DNA from: Octopus vulgaris
Taxonomy: Eukaryota
Reading direction: 5' to 3'
NCBI GenBank assembly: GCA_951406725.2
Contig: OX597816.1
Span: forward strand, 48,608,001-48,672,000
DNA length: 64,000 nt
A program made the translations under genes and the position numbers. The notes under the pieces are model-generated. The model did not search any database and had not been told where the DNA came from. It saw nothing but the letters and a program-made list of their open reading frames with translations. The number at the start of each line of letters is the position of its first letter. The first letter of the stretch is position 1. Below, piece by piece: positions 49,633 through 62,248 of the stretch.

Positions 49633-50411
49633 TGTACCAGGATTTTCCAACTTCCTGGAAAATTGGTCGAAAACTTCCTGGAAAGATCCGAGGATTTCAT
49701 GGAATGCTCTGAGGTTTCCACTTCCTGGAAAATTAGTCGAAAACATCCTGGAACGTCCCCAGGATTTCCTGGAAAGTTCCGATGATTTTTCCCACTTCCT
49801 GGAAAATTGGTCGAAAGTTTCCTGGAAAGTTTCGAGGATTTCATGGAATGTTCCGATGATTTTCCAAGTTCATGGAAAATTGGTCGAAAACTTCCTGGAA
49901 AGTCCCGAGAATTTCATGCAATGTTCCGAGGATTTTCCCACTTTCTGGAAAATTAATCGAGAAATTCATGGGAAGTGCCGAAGATTTCATGGAATGTTCC
50001 GAGGATTTTCCAACTACCTGGCAAATTGGTCGAAAACTTCCTGGAAAGTCCCGAGGAATTCAAGGAATGTTCCGAGGATCTTCCCACTTACGGGAAAATT
50101 GGTCAAAAACTTCATGGAAAGTTCCGGTGATTTCATGGAATGTTCCGAGGATTTGCCCACTTCCTCGAAAATCGGTCGAAAACTTCCTGGAAAGCCCCGA
50201 TAATTTCATGGAATGTTTCGAGGATTTTCCCACTTCCTGGAAAATTGATCGAGAAATTCATGGAAAGTTCCGAGGATTTCATGGAATGTTCCAGTGATTT
50301 TCCCACTTCCTGGAAAATTAACCGAAAGCATCCTGGAAAGTCCCAAGGTTTCATGGAATGTTCCAAGGATTTTCCCACTTCCTTGAAAATTAGTCGAGAA
50401 CTTCCTGGAAG
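49633..50411. repeat. 73-bp tandem repeat (~10.5 copies)
   Basis: Unit GAGGATTTTCCCACTTCCTGGAAAATTGGTCGAAAACTTCCTGGAAAGTCCCGAGGATTTCATGGAATGTTCC; ATGTTCC recurs at 49921, 49994, 50067, 50140. Confidence 0.95.
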
Positions 50412-50800
50412 TGCAGGCACAAGGCCTCAGATTTGTGGGGTGGGGACTAGTCGATTATATCGACCCTAGTGTCTCATTGGTATTGAATTTATTGACGGCG
50501 AAAGGATGAAAGGCAAAGTCGACCTCGGCGGAATTTGAACTCAGAACGTAGCGACGGGCGAAATACCTATTTCTTTATTACTCACAAGGGGCTAAACATA
50601 GAGGGGACAAACAAGGACAGACAAACGGATTAAGTCGATTACATCGACTCCAGTGCGTAACTGGTACTTAATTTATCGATCCCGAAAGGATGTAAGGGAA
50701 AGTCGACCTCGGTGGAATTTGAACTCAGAACGTAACGGCAGACGAAATACGGCTACGCATTTCGCCCGGCGTGCTAATGGTTCTGCCAGCTCGCTGCCTT
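50412..50800 (-). mobile_element. Family B SINE, internally duplicated (left arm of an inverted pair)
   Basis: Reverse complement of 51705-52271. Confidence 0.88.
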
Positions 50801-50801
50801 A

Positions 50802-50870
<69 letters not shown>

Positions 50871-50989
50871 AAGAAGAAGAAGAAGGGTTTAAGATTTTGG
50901 CATAAGGCAAGCAATTTCGTGGTAGGAGAATGAGTCGAATACGTCGACCCCAGTACTCAACCGGTACTTATTTTGTCAACCCAGAACTT

Positions 50990-51690
50990 TCGTCTCTACT
51001 TTTATTTTCGATGCGTTTGTTGAAGGAGCACTTTCTGTCCTACTTTAAATCAACTTTGGTGTGCCACAAGATTCGGCTTTGTTACCCATTCTCTTCTTTC
51101 AATATATCAATCAGTTACTTGCTGGTACGTCCAATAACGTCCATCCTTACGCAGATGATACAGCTTTTCATTCGTCTCTAATCTTTCCTAATCACATATC
51201 ATTCATACGCAATCTAGATACCATACATTAAATCTGCATTGACTATGTGAATGGAAACCGCGAAAGTATCTTCCATTAGGGTTATGCCAACTTTTCTCTT
51301 TCAACAGCAAAACCCTCACATCACATATCACTTAAACAGGAGCAGAATTCAAATAAGGCCTCACTATCACTGGGGATCTCTTCTAGCAAAAACACATTCT
51401 TAACATAGCTCAGACCACACCCACAAAGGAGGGTTTTCTCCTCAGGCCCCCAAATTCTTCAGATCTCAACAATTACTGATACTCTGCAAAGAGAGACTCT
51501 CAACAGAGTGAGCTCCCACATCTGAAACAAGTGTAGGAGCATATTGTTACACACTGACATCCTGAGCGCATCTAGAGCAAAGCTGTTCGACTGAATGGCA
51601 TAAAATCGCTCACAGACACACTCCAATTCCCGATTCACAAGCCTGTTGTCTCTTTTCTGTCTTCTCTATCGCTTACTATTACGGCCTCAG
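50990..51690 (+). mobile_element. Decayed LINE reverse-transcriptase remnant (CR1/Jockey/L2-like)
   Basis: PQDSALLPILFFQYINQLLAGTSNNVHPYADDTA at ~51063-51165. Confidence 0.8.
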
Positions 51691-51704
51691 TTACCCGAAG
51701 ACAG

Positions 51705-52271
51705 ATGGCAGAAACGTTAGCACGCCGGGCGAAATGCGTAGCCGTATTTCGTCTGCCGTTACGTTGTGAGTTCAAATTCCACCGAGGTCGACTTTGCCTT
51801 TCATCCTTTCGGGGTCGATTAAATAAAGTACCAGTTACGCACTGGGGTCGATGTAATCGACTTAATCCGTTTGTCTGTCACTGTTTGTCCCCTCTGTGTT
51901 TAGCCCCTTGTGGGTAGTAAAGAAATAGGCATTTCGCCCGTCTCTACATTCTGAGTTCAAATTCCGCCGAGGTCGACTTTGCCTTTCATCCTTTCGGGGT
52001 CGATTAAATAAAGTACCAGTTACGCAGCACTGGAGTCGATGTAATCGACTTAATCCGTTTGTCTGTCATTGTTTGTCCCTTCTGTGTTTAGCCCCTTGTG
52101 GGTAGTAAAGAAATAGGCATTTCGCTCGTCGCTACATTCTGAGTTCAAATTCCGCCGAGGTCGACTTTGCCTTTCATCCTTTCGCGGTCAATAAATTCAA
52201 TACCAATGAGACACTAGGGTCGATATAATCGACTTGTCCCCACCCCACAAATCTGAGGCCTTGTGCCTGCA
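51705..52271 (+). mobile_element. Family B SINE with three tandem core units
   Basis: GAGTTCAAATTCC..GAGGTCGACTTTGCC core at ~51768, ~51953 and ~52141. Confidence 0.9.
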
Positions 52272-52945
52272 GTAGAAATGACTGTTATTAATAGCAACAG
52301 CAGCAACATCGGAAACGATGGAAAACTGGGAAGAGCAAAGCGCCGGATTAGATACCTTACAGCATTTAGAATATAGTAGTGTCGATCTACGTTCTGAGTT
52401 CGAATCCCATTGTGGTGGATGTTTATTTTTAATGCCTCCAAACCACTTCCAGTACATTATACATGACTATATACTTCCGTTACACATTTACAGCTTTTAT
52501 GGTACTGTAAGAAATCTATATTTGTTTCCAAAGCAAACCACTTTACAAGAAAACACTTCAGCTATTATATAATCGATACAGTTTTATATAATCAATACGA
52601 AAGAACTTTTGACACAAAATATTCTAGCTTTTGCTTTTTTTCTCCTCCAGCAAATAAAAACCGAAAACCAAAGTCTGAGGAAATTAACTGTTGTCTGCAT
52701 CCGTGAAAATCATTACAATTTTCTGGAAACGTCAGTTCTTCTGTCTCTCCACGGCACCCGAACTTATCCAAATTTTTAATTTTACTCTACTACACCGTTT
52801 AGCACACGCACACACATATATATGTACACAGATACACACTCACACACACATGTATGCGCATGCGCCTCGTATACTTGCACAAAGACACACACGGAAGCAG
52901 TAAATATTTTCTTTCTGTTCAGGCATAAAGAATAGAAAAGCATGA

Positions 52946-53173
52946 AGGCGGCGAGCTGGCAGAAATGTTAGCACTCCGGGCGAAATGCGTAGCCGTATTT
53001 CGTCTGCCGTTACGTTCTGAGTTCAAATTCCGCCGAGCTCGACTTTGCCTTTCATCCTTTCGGGGTCGATTAAATAAGTACCAGTTACGCACTGGGGTCG
53101 ATATAATCGACTTAATCCGTTTGTCTGTCCTTGTTTGTCCTCTCTGTGTTTAGCCCCTTTTGGGTAGTAAAGA
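52946..53173 (+). mobile_element. Family B SINE with TSD
   Basis: Flanked by the direct repeat ATAAAGAATAGAAAAGCAT (52925-52943 / 53177-53195). Confidence 0.92.
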
Positions 53174-53602
53174 ATTATAAAGAATAGAAAAGCATAAACG
53201 CTGTTGTTATCTCCATGTCATCCCAATGTGACCTAACTGCAGGTAAAGGATTTAGGCAGTGTTGGAAAAGAATTATCCCCCTACTTGTCCGGTGAATCGC
53301 ATTTGATACACAAGATATTTTTCTCTGGCGTCCATCAATCATAAATGATAAACCTTATCAATTTTTTCAACGACTTTGCGACTTATGAAAGTTTGAAACA
53401 ACGGATTACGGAAAGTCTGAAAACAAGCATAGGCGTTTAGGACAAACTTGTGAAAATGGTTTGGACAGGAATAGAGCTAAATAATATTTCCAGAAATGTG
53501 GTATACGCGAATAAAAACCAAACAAATAATAGAAAACAATATTTTCTGTGAAGTTACCCGATGCATTTTGCCCAAGTCCACTTTGGCGCATTCAAACCTC
53601 TG

Positions 53603-53890
53603 AAGTACAAAATAACCCGACTATGAAAAATGAAGAAGGTGAAGATAGTGCCAATTATCGTTGGGTCATTGGGAGCAGTATCAGAAGGCATCAAGAGGAA
53701 TACAAAGGTAGTTGGAACTGACTGCCCAGTAGAACTGTTACAAAAGGTTTGCCTCCTTGGCACGGCCAGAATAACCAGGAAAGTATTAGATAACTGAAAA
53801 GAACGAATAGTATGGTGCCGTAGGCTGCAGGTAGTAAGCCCACTACGCATGCAAGACTCCAGGAGCTCCAACAAAACTTGTGATAAAGAA
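53603..53890 (+). mobile_element. 3' end of an R4/Dong-like RLE non-LTR retrotransposon
   Basis: KVKIVPIIVGSLGAV...LLQKVCLLGTARITRKVLDN*, followed by (TAA)n. Confidence 0.8.
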
Positions 53891-53902
53891 GAAATGATAA
53901 TG

Positions 53903-53976
<74 letters not shown>

Positions 53977-53989
53977 AATATCATATTGA

Positions 53990-54460
53990 AAGACTTCAAC
54001 AAAGAACATGCCTCCTCATTGATATGACTGTCCCAATCGATATAAACGTATCTGTCAAGACCTACCAAAAACTGAGCAAATATAAAGATCTTGAAATAGA
54101 AATCAGCAAAATGTAGAACGTGAAGACTAAAACAATACCTGTTGTCATAGGTGCCCCGGGAATGATAGCAAAAGGGGCTGATAGCTACCTAACTCAGATA
54201 CCAGGAAACCCAAAAATGGCAGAAATTCAAAAGATAGTGCTCATGGGAACTGCTCATATCCTACGCAAAATACTTTCTATGTAATCTCAAGGTTTAAAAC
54301 AAACATTTTTTTTAGACATCCACCAGTACAACACAAAAAACAACCAAATATATGGCACACTAGGCATAACAACAACGTGAACTTCCAACCTGTTGTCTCC
54401 TGAGGTCTCTGGGTGAGACTTGGAGCTAACTTGTACAAGTATAAAGCAAAAGTCAAACAT

Positions 54461-54461
<1 letters not shown>
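53990..54461 (+). mobile_element. 3' end of a second R4/Dong-like RLE element
   Basis: CLLIDMTVPID...KLSKYKDLEIEI...TIPVVIGAPG...IQKIVLMGTAHILRKILSM*, 3' UTR, then (TAA)n. Confidence 0.85.
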
Positions 54462-54518
<57 letters not shown>

Positions 54519-54746
54519 CAATAATCTTTTCTACCAAAAGCACAAGGCCTGAAATTTCGGGGAAGAGGACTAGTCGATTACATCAACTCCAGTGTTTCAC
54601 CGGTACTTAATTTATTGACCCTGAAATGATGAAAGGCAAAGTCAACCTCAGCGGAATTTGAATTCAGAACGTGAAGACGGACGAAATGCCGCTAAGAATT
54701 TTGTCCGGCGTGCTAACGATTCTGCCAGCTCACCGCTTTCATCGCC

Positions 54747-54811
<65 letters not shown>

Positions 54812-54913
54812 TCTTTCTACTATACGCACAAACCCAGGAAATTTGAGAGAGGGGGTAAATCAATTACATCGACCCTAGTGTTTAACTGGTACTTATTTCA
54901 CTGACCCCCCCCA

Positions 54914-55310
54914 TAGGCGCAGGAGTGGTTGTGTGGTAAGTAGTTTGCTAACCAACCACATGGTTCCGGGTTCAGTCCCACTGCGTGGCATCTTGGGCAA
55001 GTGTCTTCTGCTATAGCCCCGGGCCGACCAATGCCTTGTGAGTGGATTTGGTAGACGGAAACTGAAAGAAGCCTGTCGTATATATGTATATATATATGTA
55101 TGTGTGTGTATGTGTTTGTCCCCCTAGCATTGCCTGACAACCGATGCTGGTGTGTTTACATCCCCGTCACTTAGCGGCTCGGCAAAAGAGACCGATGGAA
55201 TAAGTACTGGGCTTACAAAGAATAAGTCCCGGGGTCGATTTGCTCGACTAAAGGCGGTGCTCCAGCATGGCCGCAGTCAAATGACTGAAACAAGTAAAAG
55301 AGTAAAGAGA
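54914..55310 (+). mobile_element. tRNA-derived SINE (family A), inserted in a family B remnant
   Basis: Full head-to-tail match to 22101-22500. Confidence 0.9.
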
Positions 55311-56181
55311 GAGTAAAGAACATAAAGCAATGTCGACCTTGGTGGAATTTGAAATCAGAAGACGGAAAGACGGAAGAAACATATTTTGTCCAATGCGCTA
55401 AAGATTCTACCACTCTTTTCAGAGTGAAAGGTAAATCTGACTTCAGCAGAATTTGAACTCAGAAAACAGGGAGCCAGACTCAATATTACAAAGCATTTCG
55501 ACTCTTTTGATTCGTTACCATACGTTGCAGAAATCACCGTGGTGAGGAAAGCCAAGCCAAGCCAAGCCAAAAATAAGCTAGAATTCATAAATTATCGCCG
55601 AAAATGATTATTTGAATAAGTAAAATAGCCTCTTAATTTACCAATTATTGATTCCTATCCCAATTATTATTATTGATTCCAATTCCAGCCTCCTTTAATT
55701 CCAATTATTTAAAAAAATTTATTCCAGGTCAGTCATGACCAATCAGACCTGTGATCAAATACGTTCCATTCATGACCTTCCTGTAAATTTTAGGTGTAGT
55801 ATGTATAGGACCGCATTCTCCAATGTTATATTTTAAGGAAATAGGATGTGACATGAGGGAGGTTCAGCTGATATTTCTAATATACCGAATGACCGTATAG
55901 GAGCCTTCTTCTTAGCGGTGTTTTATTTCAAATAAAGTTGGTGACCATTTGAGGGCAACTTGAAATTCTCTTGAAAGCAAGTATTTTAACATATCGCATT
56001 CACTTTTGCCCCAGACATTGAGATTTGCGAGCCAACGGAAGGCAGTGTACTTTATGTGGCCAATCATCCACCAGCAGCTAAGAAAAATGGCTATAAACCC
56101 CTAAACCACTGCTCACCGTTTTGAAAAACTATAAACTGGATTATGTAAACCAATAGATTTTGTGCTAAAGTAAGGGAAGGA

Positions 56182-56183
<2 letters not shown>

Positions 56184-56255
<72 letters not shown>
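56184..56255. repeat. (GA)n microsatellite
   Basis: Pure dinucleotide run. Confidence 0.98.
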
Positions 56256-56256
<1 letters not shown>

Positions 56257-56277
56257 GGGGGTATAGAGAGGTATAAA

Positions 56278-56510
56278 AGGTGGCGAGCTGGCAGAAACGT
56301 TAGCAGGCCGGGCAAAATGCTTAGCGGTATTTCGTCTGCGTTACGTTGTGAGTTCGAATTCCGCCGAGGTCGACTTTGCCTTTCATCCTTTCGGGGTCGA
56401 TAAATTAAGTACCAGTTACGCCCTGGGGATCGATGTAATCGACTTAATACCTATGCCTGTCCTTGTTTGTCCCCTCTGTGTTTAGCCCCTTGTGGGTAAT
56501 AAAGAAATAG
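56278..56510 (+). mobile_element. Family B SINE
   Basis: Full-length match; GGTATAGAGAGGTAT occurs on both flanks. Confidence 0.9.
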
Positions 56511-56997
56511 GTATAGAGAGGTATGGGGGAGATAGATAGGAAGGGCGAGCGAGTGTGTGTGCGTGCGTGCGCGTGAGACAGGCGATGCGTGATTACATTT
56601 GGAATTTCTTTGAACCTAAGTCTGTTTGAAAGACGCCGATGTAAGGCTAACCGTCATCTGTACTATCAGCACGACGACGACGACGACCACCACCACCACC
56701 ACCACCACCATCACCACCACCACCACCATCAACAACAATAACAATAAGAACGAACGAACAAGAAAACCTTTACATTGCAACTGCACCCGTTTAGAAATGA
56801 CCAAATTCCTTCGAATTACGTCCTATCGTTTGAAGTGAACAATTGTCTTAAATAAGACAGTTCTGCCCTATATACCTCTGAAAAAGGGAAGATGATCACG
56901 GCTGGAATGCATTTGATCCAAGGAGCTAAACAACAACGACAAGAAACGTCTATGTCGTTTAAACTTCTAGAAATAACAGCCAAATAACAGAAATAAC

Positions 56998-57165
56998 AGG
57001 CGTAGGAGTGGCTGTGTGGTAAGTAGCTTGTTTACCAGCCACATGGTTCCGGGTTCAGTCCCACTGCGTGGCACCTTGAGCAAGTGTCTTCTACTATATA
57101 GCCTCGGGCCGACCAAAGCCTTGTGAGTGGATTTGGTAGACGGAAACTGACAGAAGCCCGTCGTA

Positions 57166-57215
<50 letters not shown>

Positions 57216-57430
57216 GTGTGTGTTTGTGTGAGTGTGTTTGTCCCCCTAGCATTGCTTGACAACCGATGCTGGTGTGTTTATGTCCCCGTTACTTAGCGGT
57301 TCGGCAAAAAAGACCGATAGAATAAGTACTGGGCTTACAAAAGAATAAGTCCCGGGGTCGAGTTGCTCGATTAAAGGCGGTGCTCCAGCATGGCCGCAGT
57401 CAAATGACTGAAACAAGTAAAAGAGTAAAA
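56998..57430 (+). mobile_element. tRNA-derived SINE (family A)
   Basis: Full head-to-tail match with internal (AT)n(GT)n. Confidence 0.9.
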
Positions 57431-57647
57431 TAGAGTAAATCTCTCTCTATCAAATTACATTTTACTATTCTTTAAAATAGTTATATACAGGTACAACAGA
57501 ACCTGTACTTTACTATTCCAGCTGGGGGAACACATACGCCATAGAAACCGGGAAACCGGGCCCATGAGCGTGGCTAGGCTTGAAAAGGCCACATAAATAA
57601 ACAAAATAAATTCTTTAAAATATAGTCCGGGATATGTTATGCCTGGT

Positions 57648-58150
57648 TGGAGGCGCAATGGCCTAGTGGTTTGAGCAGCGGACACGCGGTCGTAGGATCG
57701 CGGTTTCGATTCCCAGCCCGGGCATTGTAAGTGTTTATTGAGCGAAAACACCTAAAGCTCCACGAGGCTCCGGGAGTGGGTGCTGGTGAACCCTGCTGTA
57801 CTCTTTCACCACAAATTTCTTTCACTCTTTCTTCCTGTTTCTGTTGTACCTGTATTTCAATGGGCCAGCCTTGTCACTCTCTGTGTCACGCTGAATCTCC
57901 CCGAGAACTACGTTAAGGGTACACGTGTCTGTGGAGTGCTCAGCCACTTGCACGTTAATAGATGAGTTGCGACACCACTGGTGCCAAGCTGTACCGGGCT
58001 TTGCCTTTCCCTAGGATAACATCGGTGGCTTGGAGAGGGGAAGCTGCATGGGCGACTACTGGTCTTCCATAAGCAACCTTGCCCAGACTTGTGCCTCGGA
58101 GGGTAACTTTCTAGGTGCAATTCCATGGCCATTCATGACCGAAGGGGGTC
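57648..58150 (+). mobile_element. Family C SINE fused to the 3' half of a family D SINE
   Basis: Head GGAGGCGCAATGGCCTAGTGG...GGTTTCGATTCC; from ~57960 matches 1773-1970. Confidence 0.75.
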
Positions 58151-58696
58151 ACAACAATGTTATGCCTGAGCAAAAAAAGAGGGTTTGGTCACAGCTGGAC
58201 TGCCTTAGATAACGATTCTGTCCGATCAGGGCTGACCTGGTCTAAATAACAACGACGACGACGAGGGCGGCGGCGGCGGCGGCGACCACACCACGACGAC
58301 AGCGACGTCACAACGGCAGCCACGATAACGACGACGGCCACGACGACGACGACGGCGGCCACGACAGCCACGACCATTAGACATGTTAGTGTATCATACT
58401 TTTTACTTAAATGCAACCTAAAGTTCTATTGTTTGAAACATCAATAAAATACATTGTCGCTATTGAGTAACACCAACAGTTGTGTTATATGAAAGATACG
58501 TTTCTTTTTCAGTGGTTTGATATTTATCTCGAGATGACGTCTGCTTTTTGGCCAAAGGTTACACAATCACGAGCATATACAGAAGTCTTACCATACATCT
58601 ATCCACTTATTTCTGTGTCTATCAATGTTTCTTTTCACCAGAATATCATTTTTGTGTTTATTTCAGTTTATATGCCAAGGGAAATATATACATATA

Positions 58697-59108
58697 GGGG
58701 CAGATGTGGCTGTGTGATAAGAAGCTTACTTTCCAACAACATGGTTCCAGGTTCAGTCCCACTGCGTGGCACCTTGGGCAAGTGTCTTCTACTATCGTCT
58801 CGGGCCGACCAAAGCCTTGTGAGTGGATTTCGCTGATGGAAACTGGAAGAAGCCCATTGTATCTGTGTATGTGTGTGTGTGTGTGTCTTTGTGTCTGTAT
58901 TCATCAACCTCACGACTGCGAGTCAACTGGTGCTGGTGCGTTTACGTCCCTATAACTAAGCGGTTCGGCAAAAGAGCAGGATAGTATAAGCACCCGGCTT
59001 ATAAAAATGTAAGCAAGCACTGGGTTCGATACATTTGACTAAAAATGCTTCAATGTGGTCCCCCAGCATGGCCACAGTCTAATAACTGAAGCAAGTAAAA
59101 GATAAAAG
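58697..59108 (+). mobile_element. Older family A SINE variant
   Basis: Diverged but colinear head, core and tail. Confidence 0.8.
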
Positions 59109-61829
59109 ATGAAACCGCATATTTTGTAGTTGCTGCTTACTCTCCAGTATTCTCTCTGAAGGGGAGAGGAGAAGAATAGGGAAAGGGTGGGAGAGAAAAA
59201 CAGAAAGGAAGAACAAGAGAAGGAGATAGATAGAATAGAGATAGGATGTAGAGTGCGCATCGGAATTATTAAGATAAAACTTACTTGGAAATGGATGCGT
59301 GGCGTTCCACCGTTCCCCCTCTCTCTCACCCTCACTCTTCCTCCTTGACTATCTCGTTGCTCACACGTGACCAACGGCTATCTTTCTTTCTTTCTTTCTT
59401 TCTTCCACTTCCTTCCTAAAGACAAGACGTGCTTTTGCCTGTCTCTTCTCAAAGCTCGTTTTTCCAGCGTTCACCACTTTACCTCGTCATGGCTTAACAA
59501 CCTTCACCGCTTGTTTTTACTGTTTTGTTCTTACTGTCCTGTTTTTGTTACCACTTTAACCCTCCGCAAAAATCCCAAGTTTTATTCAATTTGCTTTGCG
59601 GGAAGGACTGTTTTAACGAAGTTGCGTCTTGTCCCTACCTTCGAAACGTGGAGTAGATAAAACGGGACAACTGATGAAGGGAATGTCCTTTATGCTACCT
59701 GTCTCGTTTCTCTATTTGTTTCTTTCCTTGTTCGAAAAAAGTTCGCTTTCTATGTTTTTGCTTTTTATGTTCTTGTTTCTCATTGTGTTAACTTTTTTTT
59801 AACGTCCTGTACCCATATATGCATGTGCGGAGACCCTCTTCGGTCACGAATGACCATGGGGTTGCACCTAGAAAGTAACCCTCCAAGGCACAAGTCCGGG
59901 CAAGGTTGTTTATGGAAGACCAGCAGTCGTCCTTGCATACCGGCCTCCCCTCTCCATGCCACCAATGTTATCCAAGGGAAAGGCAAAGGCCGATACAGCT
60001 TGGCATCAGTGACGTCGCAACTCATTTCTACAACTGAGTTATAAGAGCGTCGGAGAGATTATTTTAAGGTTATCATTCTAACTCTCTATACTCTGAGTTC
60101 AAATCCTGCTGAGGTCAAATTTGCCTTTCATTTTCTTGAGGTCGATAAATAAAATACCAGTTCTGCATTGAAATCGATTTTAATATTTGATGAGGTATGG
60201 GCTCCTCAACGTCTAAAAATGCCCAAGTACATGTTGTAAGTCGAAACGACGTCCGTACGATTTTATAAATCCTTTATGCGCCTGCAGTATGGCATATATA
60301 TTAAATGTAATATCTATATTTTTAAGTTTTTAAAATGATTTTATGGCTGTCTATTGTTCATTTATATATTTATTGAGATTTTACAGACAATCGAATTTAG
60401 CTTTTGGATGGTTTTGGAACAGCTTGTCTTCGACATTGTTGAGGTAGGAAGAATAAAAGCATCATAGTAAAGACAGAAATACTTGAAGAAAAAAAAGAGA
60501 AAAATGTGGAGAGGGGAAAGAGGGGAGAGAGAGAGGGGGGGAGTATATCTCTCAGAAAAATCGAAAACTAAAATAAAGAATGTTTAAAATGAATTATTTT
60601 AATTTTAAATTCGTTCGATAAATTTGGGAAAAAATATTTATGAAACATTTGAACAAGAAAAAAAATAATAACTACCAGAACACGTGACTAAAACTACAGT
60701 CATGCAAGTTTTCGTTGTGGACATCAATTTAAATTTTTTTTTAAGATTGGCTGGTTGACATTAATCCATTCTCTGTTAGTACACATTATCGAATGAGAAG
60801 CAGAAGCAGAATACACATCAATGTCACTTTGAGCGCGACACTTCGGATTACCGCTCTCTTACTCTCGTGTCAGTCTCTTTTCTCAGTTATGGAATATTAT
60901 ATATTTTTTATTCACATTCATTTACATATGCAAAAAAAGAAAGGACTAAAATATAAAAGTCAGCAACAAACAACAACAACAACAACAACAACGGAGACAT
61001 CAACAGTGAACACGATAATGTATGTATGTATTATATTTATATTTTAAAATTCTTTGGCGATAGGATTAATCTCTTGTTCAGTTTAATACCACCATCTGTT
61101 GCCTAGAGTAGGCCTTTATATAATTTCCGTCGCAGCAGTCATCGTTCTATGTGAACCTCGGTACAGTAGATCTTTAGGGTGCCCCTGTGTAGCAAATGCA
61201 CCATATTCTGTGTGGCAACACTGTTCCGATGCGAATTGTGTCTGAGCTTTGCAAGTGGTTAGTTGTTGGAGTTTTAAGCATTTTCTAGTTCTGAGAAGAA
61301 AGGCAAGTCTTTGTGATACATTCTTCGCTAAGTTGAGATTTTACATTCACCTAGAGAGGTCTTCAGTGATAGTGAGGGCCCAAACATTTGGGGTAACTAT
61401 CAAAGTTCTAGTTTCTAGTTGCAGGCTGTTCATATTTAGCGGGTGGGCAATGTGTGGTAAAAGACTCCCTTCGGTCATGAATGACCATGGGATTGAACCT
61501 AGAAAGCTCTCCTCCTAGGCATAGGTCCGGGAAAGATTGGTTATGGAAGATCAGCAGTCACCCATGCATACCAGCCTCCACGCCTCCACACCACTAATGT
61601 TATCCTAGGGAGTTGCAAAGGCCGATACAGCTTGGCATCACTGAGCCGTGCGCCTTGTAATATTTTCGTAATATGTACAATGATTGCTGTACATACCGAG
61701 CTGTTGTGTAAGACCAGATTACCATGATATCGTTGGAGGATGTTTTCGAGGTTGCATGCGGTTAACGCTTGGGTGCAAGAAAGATAGGGAAGAAAGGACA
61801 TCATTTGAAGGATCTTTGTTTGCTATTTC

Positions 61830-62248
61830 TTATTTCTTTATTGCTCACAAGGGGCTAAACATAGAGAGGATAAACAAGAGCTGAAAAAACGGATTAACTC
61901 GATGAGATTGACCCCAGTGCGTAACTGGTACTTATTTAATCGACCCCGAAAGGATGAAAGGCAAAGTCAACCTCGGCGGAATTTGAACGCAGAATGTAAA
62001 GACAGACGGAAAACCTATTTCTTTACAACCCACAAGGGGCTAAACACAGAGAGAACAAACAAGGACAGATAAAGGGATTAAGTCGATTACATCGACCTCA
62101 GTGCGTAACTGGTACTTAATTTATCGACCCCGAAAGGATGAAAGGCAAAGTCGACCTCGGCGGAATTTGAACTCAGAACGTAAAGACAGACGAAATACCG
62201 CTCAGCATTTCGCACGGCTCGCGAACGATTCTGCCAGCTCGCCGCCTT
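61830..62248 (-). mobile_element. Family B SINE with two core units and TSD
   Basis: Reverse complement of the family B consensus; TTTGCTATTTCTT on both flanks. Confidence 0.88.

Noticed and set aside
49633-50411. CRISPR-like array or repeat-protein gene (ORFs of 206, 141 and 109 aa)
   Set aside because: Contiguous 73-bp units with no unique spacers, no cas genes, eukaryotic context; the ORFs cycle through all frames because 73 is not a multiple of 3
58248-58376. GC-rich Arg/Thr/Ala-repeat coding exon (also 56669-56745)
   Set aside because: Degenerate (ACG/GCG/ACC)n microsatellite with no splice or coding support
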